Of a stretch of 29,317 nt of DNA, positions 9,453 through 17,195 are shown piece by piece. Made by a program: the position numbers and the translations under genes. The notes under the pieces are model-generated. The model was not told the origin of the DNA and searched no databases. It was given only the letters and a program-made list of their open reading frames with translations. This stretch comes from an uncultured bacterium (lineage in GTDB: Bacteria > Planctomycetota > PLA2). Numbering within the stretch: position 1 is the stretch's first letter; each line of letters starts with the position of its first letter. The stretch spans positions 1 to 29,317 of the forward strand of contig CBDURV010000001.1 in NCBI GenBank assembly GCA_965369495.1, written 5' to 3'.

Positions 9453-11414
9453 TCAACGGGGAGGTGCTGCTTGCGCGCGCGCAAGAGCCGCCTCCAGCGC
9501 CCGCCGCTCTTCCGCGCTCCACGCCGTCCCCAGCTTCGGATTCCAGTCCACGAGCGCCGCGCCGATTGCCGCACCGTCACGGGCGTGCTGGCGCGCAAGC
9601 GCCCGGACCGCTCGGTCGCGCGACTCGGCCCGCGTGTTGCGGTCCCGGAACAGCCGCAGACCCGCGGCGATCGCGGCGGTTAGTGCGAAGCCCTGCGCCG
9701 TGCACTGCTCGACGGCGTAGGACGCGACGCGGTCATCGGAGTCGGATAGCGCCTCGCGAAGCGCGCTCCGCGCGTCCGGCCGCATAACGAATCGCCGCAT
9801 GAGAAGTTCGCATGCAGCCAGGCGCACCAAGGGGGCGTCGTCTTTCGTCGATTCGAGCGCGACATCGCGCACTCCCTCATGGATTCCCGGCTGGCGGCCG
9901 AGCGCACGCAGGAGCGCGAGGTGGAATCGCTCGTCCGCACGCCGCATCAGTGCCAGCATTGCGACCTTCCGGGAGGCCGGACGCTGCTCAAGATCCATGA
10001 GGAAGTTAAGAGCGACGTACTGCTCCATCCGTGAGCCCGTCTCCACCCATCGCTCGAGGTGTCGAGCCGCCTCCACGGCGGGCGCGCCGCGTTGATGCAA
10101 GGCGCGCACACATGCCAATCGCACCGCTTCTTCGGGGTCCTCCAACCCCGCGAGCAATCCGTCGCGCCACGGCGACCCCGGTCGCGCGGCGTGGTAGCCG
10201 AGCGCGGAGGCTCCCGCCGCCCGCACGCGCGCGTCGGGATCCGTCAGCGCGGCGCCGAAGAGTTGCGCCAGTGACGCATCCGGAGGCGCCGCGCGCTGAT
10301 GGACACCAATCCCGGCCATTGCTGCCGCGCGAACCGCGGCTGGCTCGTCGTTCGCGAACGGCAGCAGATCCCGGATTGCGTCCGCAGGAACACTCGCGCG
10401 TGTCGCAGCCGCAGCCGCGCGCACCTGATCATCCTCGTCGCGATCGGCCAAGCGATCGAGAACGGCCCGCATCGGAACCGGGATCTCATCGCCTGCCAAG
10501 TACCGCAGTTCATGCAGTGCTCCGGCACGGACGCGCGCGTCATCGTCTGCCAAGAGGGGCAGAAGATCCGCAACCAGCCCATCACCCCGCGCGCGTCGGT
10601 ATTGGTCGCTCGCGTCCGGGTCGTCGGGCGGGGCGCCGGACCCGAACCAGCTATAGACGACCAGGAGCGCCCCGGCTTGAACGTCGGGATCCGGATCGCG
10701 TAGCAGCGTGCGTAGGTCGTGCCCCTCGACGTCGAGCGTACTGTTGAGCGCGTCCCAGATGATGCCCGCGGTAGACGACGGACCCCAAAGCTGCACACCG
10801 GGCGGAAGCCGCTGTGGAGTGTCTTCCTCGTCGGGATTCGCGACCGCGCGACAGAGCGCACGCCGAAGCGGCATGTCGGCCGAGAAATCGTGCGGCGCAT
10901 TGGCCGCGATGTGGTCCGCGGCGTCATTGCGCAGCCCTGCATCCCGATGGTGGATGCAACGCGCCAGGAATTCGCATTCGACCGCCCCCTCCGCGACCGC
11001 GATGACCAAGTTGAAAGCCGCCTCCCGCCGCTCTTGGTCCAGCTTCTCCAAAAGCGCGAGGGCGACTAGCGCATCCAGCGCGCACGGTCCCAACGCGCGA
11101 TAGAGCGCTTCTTCACCCCACTCAGCCTTCTCGACGGACTGAAGCAGGTCGTCTATCAGGCTGTCGGCCTGGCTGCCCGCCGCGACGATCTCCGCGACCA
11201 TCCGTCTCCGCCGCTCCTCGCCCGCAGCGGCCCACAAGGTGCGAAAGGCCTTCGCATCGCGCGCCAAGACTCGCTTCCCGTCCGTAGGCGAATCCGCGAC
11301 CGTGCGCGCGCCGCCGGACCGTCTGGAGCCCGACTCGCGCCCCGCGCCGATCCACCTGGCGGCGACGGCGGCGACGACGCCGATCAACACAACCCCAACG
11401 ACGCGGCGCGACAT
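9453..11414 (-). CDS. HEAT-repeat protein with N-terminal membrane anchor/signal
   Basis: ATG at 11414 gives MSRRVVGVVLIGVVAAVAARWIG. Repeated units such as DPDPDVQAGAL, DDDARVRAGAL, DPDARVRAAGA, DPEEAVRLAC, DSDDRVASYA. Confidence 0.8.
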   Translation of the reverse strand: MSRRVVGVVLIGVVAAVAARWIGAGRESGSRRSGGARTVADSPTDGKRVLARDAKAFRTLWAAAGEERRRRMVAEIVAAGSQADSLIDDLLQSVEKAEWGEEALYRALGPCALDALVALALLEKLDQERREAAFNLVIAVAEGAVECEFLARCIHHRDAGLRNDAADHIAANAPHDFSADMPLRRALCRAVANPDEEDTPQRLPPGVQLWGPSSTAGIIWDALNSTLDVEGHDLRTLLRDPDPDVQAGALLVVYSWFGSGAPPDDPDASDQYRRARGDGLVADLLPLLADDDARVRAGALHELRYLAGDEIPVPMRAVLDRLADRDEDDQVRAAAAATRASVPADAIRDLLPFANDEPAAVRAAAMAGIGVHQRAAPPDASLAQLFGAALTDPDARVRAAGASALGYHAARPGSPWRDGLLAGLEDPEEAVRLACVRALHQRGAPAVEAARHLERWVETGSRMEQYVALNFLMDLEQRPASRKVAMLALMRRADERFHLALLRALGRQPGIHEGVRDVALESTKDDAPLVRLAACELLMRRFVMRPDARSALREALSDSDDRVASYAVEQCTAQGFALTAAIAAGLRLFRDRNTRAESRDRAVRALARQHARDGAAIGAALVDWNPKLGTAWSAEERRALEAALARAQAAPPR

Positions 11415-11441
11415 GGTTTTCGAGAATACCCGACGAACCGC

Positions 11442-11468
11442 GATTGGCCGGGAGCGCACTGGCCAATC
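11442..11468. promoter_or_regulatory. Perfect 8-bp inverted repeat in a divergent intergenic region (possible operator)
   Basis: GATTGGCC-11 nt-GGCCAATC between the divergent starts at 11414 (-) and 11570 (+). Confidence 0.3.
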
Positions 11469-11569
11469 CCTCCGGGGTGAACGCACCACCATCCGCTACC
11501 GCTTGGTGACGGCGGCGCTTGAAAACTCAGCGGATTTGCCGCGGCACGGGATTCGCCTTCGGGAGATGT

Positions 11570-12430
11570 ATGCGCTCTCTCACGCTTGCTCTCCTCGCAT
11601 TGTTGACCGTGCCTGGTGTGGTGTTTGCCCACGGGGGAGGATTCCGCGGGCCAAACGGCGGGGTGCCGCCGGGGTTGCGACCGCGGGGGTTGTTTTGCTT
11701 CTGTGCGCTGGTGAAGTGCAGCCATTGCGCGAACGACGCATTGCGCACGGGGAAGAACTACGTGCGCGGGGACGTGCGTACGACCGTGCTGCGTCATTGG
11801 GGGGACATCGAGCTCGTGCGGGTGACGCTGACGTTCCGGACGGAACAGGACGTGGGCGCCGTCGAGGGCTTCGCAAGGCTGCGTCTCGCGCCGGTGTTTG
11901 CCGCGGTCGGCGGCCAGGTGCAAGCGCATGGGACGGCGTCGCCGTTGATCGCCCGCCTGCGCGATTCCGAACCCGCGCGGCGCACCTATCTCTGGATCCG
12001 GCAGACAAAGTTGATCGATCCGCTGCTGGTCATGCGTCGGGAGCCCGGCGTCGTGGATGTGCGCGCGTTTCCCGTGACTAGCGAGGCGCCCTTGCGGGTC
12101 GCCATCGAGGGCTATCGGCTGATCCCTCGCAAGGGCGTGCCCGGCATGCGCATCTACCGCACTGGGGAGCGCTACCTGACGGTCGCGGCCGATGGGAAGC
12201 ACGAGTTCCTCTCCCGCGACGATTGCCGCCGACGCCACGGCACCGCAGCGGCGATCATCGTGCCCTGCGTGCCCGCGCTTGAAACCGCGGCGACCGACCG
12301 CGGCAATGCGGCGGCCGGCGCCAAACGCGTGCTCGCGGCCTATCCGAACGGCTCGAAGCCCGGTCCCATGGCCGCCGCAGACGCGTCGCCGCCCCCTCCG
12401 CCGCCGCCCAGCACCACTCCGCAGCCCTAA
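11570..12430 (+). CDS. Secreted protein with a VIT (vault protein inter-alpha-trypsin)-like domain
   Basis: GGGAG then ATG at 11570. Signal peptide MRSLTLALLALLTVPGVVFA, then HGGGFRGPNGGVPPG and a Cys cluster. VIT-like pattern V.LTF...EG..RL...ARRTY..I.....DPLL......V.AFPV......V.IEGY. Pro-rich tail. Confidence 0.6.
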   Translation: MRSLTLALLALLTVPGVVFAHGGGFRGPNGGVPPGLRPRGLFCFCALVKCSHCANDALRTGKNYVRGDVRTTVLRHWGDIELVRVTLTFRTEQDVGAVEGFARLRLAPVFAAVGGQVQAHGTASPLIARLRDSEPARRTYLWIRQTKLIDPLLVMRREPGVVDVRAFPVTSEAPLRVAIEGYRLIPRKGVPGMRIYRTGERYLTVAADGKHEFLSRDDCRRRHGTAAAIIVPCVPALETAATDRGNAAAGAKRVLAAYPNGSKPGPMAAADASPPPPPPPSTTPQP

Positions 12431-12469
12431 AACTCGGTGCCACGTCCGTTCGCTGCAGTTGTGGAGCGC

Positions 12470-12571
12470 CACGAGACCGTCACTGCCCGCGACGACCGGG
12501 TAAGCATCGACCGGTGTCCTCTTCCGAGGGCGCTTACTTGGAAAAATTGTGCCTGGCGCCGTACTTCCAGG
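12470..12571 (+). repeat. Partial element R2: linker type alpha plus module B, without module A
   Basis: cacgagaccgtcactgcccgcgacgaccgggtaagcatcgaccggtgtcctcttccgagggcgcttacttggaaaaattgtgcctggcgccgtacttccagg aligns over ~100 nt with 3318-3416. Confidence 0.9.
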
Positions 12572-12578
12572 TTTTTTT
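12551..12578 (+). terminator. Possible weak intrinsic terminator at the end of module B
   Basis: CCTGG-10 nt-CCAGG followed by T7 (12572-12578), downstream of the VIT-like gene. The stem is short. Confidence 0.35.
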
Positions 12579-12680
12579 GCCCGTCCCCTGTGGATGTCCG
12601 CGCGCCAATCGCAGTGCTGTATGTACGGCCCCGTCGTGGATGGGGTAATGGTCGGATACTGCCATCGGGAGTTCTTCTTC

Positions 12681-13313
12681 ATGCCCAAGTTCGGAACGCT
12701 GGCAACAGCGCTGTTGATCCTTGCCGGATCCGCGTTCGCGGATCCCTTTTCCGGTCGGTACGAGCTGGTTGCAGCCCCCGACTTCAACGTACCCGCCGCT
12801 CGGCTCGTCGGGGTCATTGAGGTCACGAACGCGCCGATGGGCACGACTTCGTTCAGTCTGCACGACGCGTTTGTTTCGGACTTCGAGTTCAAGCTCGACG
12901 GCTACCCGCTCAACTCCCAGTTCATCTATGACACGGGCTCGGACTTCGTATGGGACTTCTCGATGCAGTTCGGCAGCGCTCTCGGCACGGCTGAACTTCA
13001 CGCTAGCGCGACGGGTGGGCGATGGGTGGCTTCGGATCCCGCAGAGCTCGCCAAACCGGGCCTGCGCCACTATCTCCCGATTCAGCTCACGCCGGGACAT
13101 TGGAGGTTCTTCGACTCCGTCGATGACGCGACCACGAGTGGCAATGTCCTGAGTTTTGGCTCTGCGGGGTTGATCGGACAGGCGTGGCACCTCGAGTTGG
13201 CGAGCACGCCGGCACCCGCTCCGGACCCGGTGCCTGAGCCCGGAACTCTCGTTCTGTCCGGTCTCGCCGTCGCGGGCGCGCTAGTCTGGCGCCGCCGCAA
13301 GCGCGCGGCGTAG
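12681..13313 (+). CDS. PEP-CTERM sorting-domain protein
   Basis: GGGAG then ATG at 12681. Signal peptide MPKFGTLATALLILAGSAFA; C-terminus PVPEPGTLVLSGLAVAGALVWRRRKRAA. Confidence 0.9.
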   Translation: MPKFGTLATALLILAGSAFADPFSGRYELVAAPDFNVPAARLVGVIEVTNAPMGTTSFSLHDAFVSDFEFKLDGYPLNSQFIYDTGSDFVWDFSMQFGSALGTAELHASATGGRWVASDPAELAKPGLRHYLPIQLTPGHWRFFDSVDDATTSGNVLSFGSAGLIGQAWHLELASTPAPAPDPVPEPGTLVLSGLAVAGALVWRRRKRAA

Positions 13314-13322
13314 TCGCGCGCG

Positions 13323-13500
13323 CGGTACCGGGTGTTTTCCTGCGAAACTCGCGAGTCAATTTGGCAGACGAGTCTCGGAGAATTACTCCCGGTACCGAAT
13401 CTCGGGTCGATCCGGACCGGGATTAGATGCACGGCATCGACCGGTGTCCTCTTCCGAGGGCGCTTACTCGGAAAAATTGTGTCTGACGCCGTATTCCCGT
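13323..13500 (+). repeat. Full bipartite element R3: module A (13323-13397) + linker type beta + module B (13434-~13497)
   Basis: Module A differs from R1 at 3 of 75 positions. Linker aatctcgggtcgatccggaccgggattagatgcacg. Begins 9 nt after the PEP-CTERM stop. Confidence 0.95.
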
Positions 13501-13565
13501 TGCTGCGCTGACCACGTAGATCCTGGTCAACCGAAGGAGGCGCGAAATTCCGGAACGAGCCGTCC

Positions 13566-14723
13566 TCAGTCGCGAGGTGGGATCTCGCGGAGCGTCCACG
13601 GTCCGGCTCGGTTGTCGCGGTTCGCCAGCTCCGGCACCGCGATGTACGGCAACTCCAGCGTGGCGGCCACGTGGGACAACCGGCTTCCGAGTGACGGATC
13701 CACGACCCCCACGCACCCGTTCCACAGCGGACTGTTCGGCTGGGGCAGGTCGCCCCTCTTGGTCTCGCTGACCAGGAAGAACGGCTCCGACGGCTGTTCG
13801 GATCCCGGCGCGAACAGCACGCCGCTCGCCGGTGAATCGAACACTGCCACGCCGCTCGCGAAGCGTTGGCCGTCCTCTTCGCGAACGAGCTCACCGGACT
13901 TGCGGTAGGTGCCGAAGGAGTGCTGCACCGGTCGAAGTTGATGGCAGTAGAGGCGGTCGGTGGCCACCCACTCGACATCGATGTCGAAGCCGGCCACGTC
14001 ACGGATGCGCCAGCCCTGTTCAACCACTCTGCGGACCGTGTCGAGGTGGCGCTGGGCGTGCAACTGCCCGGAGCCCGAGGATGCTTGAAGGTTGATCTCA
14101 CCCCAGTAGGGAGCCTTCCTTTCGCCGACTTTCGCGATCGGGTTGTCGCGCTCGACGTCGAGGCACCACGAAACGTGGCCGCCGACCGTGCCGTTCCACC
14201 ACTTGTGCGCGAGCATCAGGTCTTCCGCGTCGCAGAATTCTATTACCAGCTCGTTGCCGGATGTGGCGAGATTGCCCGTCAGGGTCTGGGGCGAGAGTTG
14301 TTCGAGGTGGAAGGTCGGTACCTGAAGCACCAGCGCGACGCTGTCGTTTCCCTCGAACGGCGGTTGTGCCTCGAGGAACGCGGCGTACACGCGGCGCGCG
14401 ACCTCGACAGCTTCTTTCGCTGACGTGACCATGTGCGAGTACGTCTGGCCGCAGGACGGGCGGCGCGTGAAGAGGGAGCCGCGCACGAGTACGCGCGTGT
14501 GACCATGCGTCAGCGCCGCGTACTCCGCCGCCACGGTCTTGGCGAGATCTTCGGGAAGCGCCTGGCAACCGTTCTGAGTCAGTGCGTCCCGGTGTTGTTC
14601 GAACGCGGCGGTCGGGACCACACGGTAGGGAGCGACGTTTGCGCCGGGGATGCCGGACAGGACGAACAGGCCCGCGCCCTTGTCGCCCTGCTCGTGGGCG
14701 CGATCGCCGAAATCCGCGCGCAT
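13566..14723 (-). CDS. Minimal PEP-synthase/PPDK-like enzyme (ATP-grasp PEP/pyruvate-binding-type domain plus phospho-His swivel domain)
   Basis: GDKGAGL, VLVRGS, SCGQ, ALVLQ and DIDVEWV...LYCHQLRPV parallel PEP synthase GGKGASL, AVRSS, SFAGQ, VQ and DIEWA...LFIVQARP. GSRLSHVAATLELPYIAV parallels [21 protein letters not shown] with the His kept. Only 385 aa. Confidence 0.75.
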   Translation of the reverse strand: MRADFGDRAHEQGDKGAGLFVLSGIPGANVAPYRVVPTAAFEQHRDALTQNGCQALPEDLAKTVAAEYAALTHGHTRVLVRGSLFTRRPSCGQTYSHMVTSAKEAVEVARRVYAAFLEAQPPFEGNDSVALVLQVPTFHLEQLSPQTLTGNLATSGNELVIEFCDAEDLMLAHKWWNGTVGGHVSWCLDVERDNPIAKVGERKAPYWGEINLQASSGSGQLHAQRHLDTVRRVVEQGWRIRDVAGFDIDVEWVATDRLYCHQLRPVQHSFGTYRKSGELVREEDGQRFASGVAVFDSPASGVLFAPGSEQPSEPFFLVSETKRGDLPQPNSPLWNGCVGVVDPSLGSRLSHVAATLELPYIAVPELANRDNRAGPWTLREIPPRD

Positions 14724-14733
14724 GGCCGTTCGA

Positions 14734-16119
14734 TCACGTCTTGTGTTGCTGCAAGAAGTTCGAGAGCTTCTCGTACACGTCCTCCGAGGAGTCGTACTCG
14801 ATCATCTCCATGCCTTTCAGGTCCGTGGGAACCGCCTCGCTCCGTTTCCTGAGCAGGACCGTCGTCTTCCCGCGCCCGTACACGAGCCCCAGCTCCATCA
14901 TCACGCTCGGACTCCAATGGGTGATGTCGACTACAGCGCAGTCCGCTTCCTGCATCATCTGGCACACCTTGCACATGATGTCGACGTTGGAGACCTCTTC
15001 GTCCGCACGCTGAGGCTTGTAACCGCAAGCATCACCCGCGCGTTTGATGCCGTACTTGTAGATGTCGTTCATTTCCGGCTTGTACGACATAGCAACGAAC
15101 ATGTTTCTTGAGCTGTACGCGATCTCCTTCGGACACGGTTGCCCCCCGCCGAGCTTCCAGCAGGTCATCGTCGACACTTCTGTCACTTCGAGGAACCGGC
15201 GGACCTCCGGGTGCTTGTCAAGCCCCGTGAGAACCGCGACGCATTCGCCGCTTTCGACCGCGGGGGTCTTAACGACGAGCGTGTCGGTCGCCAGCGCCGC
15301 CTCGGAGTCATCCGCGTCCACGCTCTTGAGGACGCCCGTCATGCGCGCGTACGGCCAGTACCGGTCGAACAGCGGGGTGTGCCGTGTTTCGATGTCCTGC
15401 GGCTCCCGTGAATCCGAATCGAGACGACAGGAGCCGAGAGTGCAGATACCCGGGCTGAGTCGCTCGCGCTCTTCCGGCGTGCAGGCGACAAGGCCTTGGA
15501 GATACGCGTTGATCGTGCTTCGCGCGCGCTCGCGATACTCCGCTTGGTTTCCCGGATACGCGGGGTTGCGGAGTTGGGGTTCGCTCAGGAGGACGGCGCT
15601 GTCGAACACCCTCTTCTCCAGGGCCTGCTCGAGTTCGCGGAAGTAGACCGCGGAGTTCTTCGTGATGACGTCCACGAAGTTCGAGTTGTACGTGGGTACG
15701 ATCGCGAGCAAGGTCAAATAGGGTGCCGTGGCCCCGCGAAAGGCGTTGCGAACGTCGCGCGCCATCTCGAACGTGAGCCCGTTGCTGATTCCGCCCCGTG
15801 GCGAAGAACTGAGCGCGACCACCGCGGGGACGGCGCCATCCTCCTCCATGCTGCGCCGGAGCCGGTCCAGCTCGTCCAGAATCCGGCTCTTCGAATCGTC
15901 GTAGATCCGGCGCGCGTGCGAAATGTCGCGATCCGCGCTTACCTCCGCGCGAAGGACGACCCGGCAAGCGACATCCGGAAGTTCGGCCTCGTGGAGCGCG
16001 GGATCGCTGTCCACGCACATCACGTACCCGGAAGACTGAACGAGATCCGGACCGACAATGGAGGTCAGCAGGGTTCCACGTCCCCCGATTCCAATCATGC
16101 AAATCGCGTCTCTGCTCAT
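14734..16119 (-). CDS. Tubulin/FtsZ(CetZ)-like GTPase-fold domain fused to a C-terminal nucleoside 2-deoxyribosyltransferase/TIR-like domain
   Basis: GAGGAG then ATG at 16119. IGIGGRG (T1), VDSD, SSSPRGGISNGLTFEMA (degenerate GGGTGSG loop), LTLLAIVP and FDSAVLLSE occur in FtsZ order. The C-terminus FVAMSY...RADE...IMCKV...EADCAVVDIT..SPSVMMELG....K..VLL...VPTDL.G...IEY matches NDT-like domains (NPNV.YELG). Confidence 0.7.
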   Translation of the reverse strand: MSRDAICMIGIGGRGTLLTSIVGPDLVQSSGYVMCVDSDPALHEAELPDVACRVVLRAEVSADRDISHARRIYDDSKSRILDELDRLRRSMEEDGAVPAVVALSSSPRGGISNGLTFEMARDVRNAFRGATAPYLTLLAIVPTYNSNFVDVITKNSAVYFRELEQALEKRVFDSAVLLSEPQLRNPAYPGNQAEYRERARSTINAYLQGLVACTPEERERLSPGICTLGSCRLDSDSREPQDIETRHTPLFDRYWPYARMTGVLKSVDADDSEAALATDTLVVKTPAVESGECVAVLTGLDKHPEVRRFLEVTEVSTMTCWKLGGGQPCPKEIAYSSRNMFVAMSYKPEMNDIYKYGIKRAGDACGYKPQRADEEVSNVDIMCKVCQMMQEADCAVVDITHWSPSVMMELGLVYGRGKTTVLLRKRSEAVPTDLKGMEMIEYDSSEDVYEKLSNFLQQHKT

Positions 16120-16168
16120 CTCCTCGTCCTCCGCGGTTGACCGTTCGCCCTTGTAGCATGAACCTCCC

Positions 16169-17104
16169 GTGAACCCGGGCGCCGCACCGCAACCGACCCT
16201 CGTTTTCCCGTCCACCAACCCCGATCTCGACGGGGTTGCGTGTGCGTGGGCCTATGCCGAGTTGCTGCGCAGCTCGGGCGAGGACGCGCTGGCGTGGGTG
16301 GCCGGCGAGCCCGACGGGGAGGCGCGCTGGGTGCTGCAGGAACGCGACGTGGAGATCTCGCGCGACCCGGAGGCGATCGGTACGGCGGGTCGGTTCGTCT
16401 ACGTCGACGGGAGCGAGTTGCCCGGGCTGCCGGAAGGCATCGATCCCATTGCAGTCGTCGAGGTCATCGACCACCGTCGCCAGCATCGCGCGGCGACGGA
16501 CTTTCCGAACGCACGCCTTCAGATCGAAGCCGTGGGCGCAGCCGCGACCCTGGTGCTCGAGCGCTTCCGGGAGACGTGGGCCGACCCATCCCCCGAATCG
16601 GCGATCCTTCTCTACGCGGCGATTCAATCGAACACGCAACGCCTCAATGGATCGGTCACCACGGAGCGCGATCGGCGGGCCGCCGCCTACCTCGAGACCG
16701 TCTGCGAACCGCCGCGCGACCTGATTGCCCGCCAGATGGCGGCGCGCCGGTCCGAGATCCTCGCGGACCTGCGCGCTGCCGTGAAGGCGCAGAGCAAGAC
16801 GTTCACGGCTGCCACGGGCGCGTTCGTCGTCGCGCAACTCGAGCTGCCGGGTGTTGAGGTGCTGCTACGCGAGCGCGACTTCAAGGAGACTCTCGCGGCC
16901 AGCCTGGATGGCCCCCGCGCCATGGTCAACATTGTCGACTCCGCGCTCGGCAGGTCGTTCCTGTTGGTACCGAATGCGGAGTTCCGGGACGAAGTCGCCG
17001 CGGGAGTGGGGCGCGAGTTCAACGGGCAGATCGCGACGATGCAGTCCGCGATGCTTCGAAAACAGATCGTGCACGCTCTCGGCGCCCGGGCCGGCACCGA
17101 GTGA
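16169..17104 (+). CDS. DHH-family phosphoesterase, family II (Mn-dependent) inorganic pyrophosphatase-like, with variant metal ligands
   Basis: NPDLDGVACAWAYAELL, VYVD, EVIDHRR, IEAVGAAATLV, LLYAAIQSNT and TTERD align with PpaC NPDTDTICSAIAYADL, ILVD, EVIDHHR, EPVGCTATIL, LMLSAIISDS and TCTDQD. Confidence 0.8.
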   Translation: MNPGAAPQPTLVFPSTNPDLDGVACAWAYAELLRSSGEDALAWVAGEPDGEARWVLQERDVEISRDPEAIGTAGRFVYVDGSELPGLPEGIDPIAVVEVIDHRRQHRAATDFPNARLQIEAVGAAATLVLERFRETWADPSPESAILLYAAIQSNTQRLNGSVTTERDRRAAAYLETVCEPPRDLIARQMAARRSEILADLRAAVKAQSKTFTAATGAFVVAQLELPGVEVLLRERDFKETLAASLDGPRAMVNIVDSALGRSFLLVPNAEFRDEVAAGVGREFNGQIATMQSAMLRKQIVHALGARAGTE

Positions 17105-17150
17105 CGAAACTCGGATCCCTTGTCCGGGATCGAAACCCTGTGCTTCCCGT

Positions 17151-17162
17151 CGATACGGTACC
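17151..17162 (+). repeat. Left end of element R4 (CGATA-CGGTACC), split by the IS
   Basis: Joining 17151-17162 to 18512 onward rebuilds CGATACGGTACCGGGTGTTTTCC exactly as at 3233, and a 75-bp module A. Confidence 0.9.
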
Positions 17163-17195
17163 CCTTTAGAAAAGTGCAAGGGCCGATCTCATCCT

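Noticed and set aside
13470-13495. ECF-type promoter (GGAAA...CGTA) inside module B
   Set aside because: The spacing is about 2 nt shorter than GGAAY-N17/18-GTT or TGAAAC-N16-CGTA type promoters; not supportable without TSS data.
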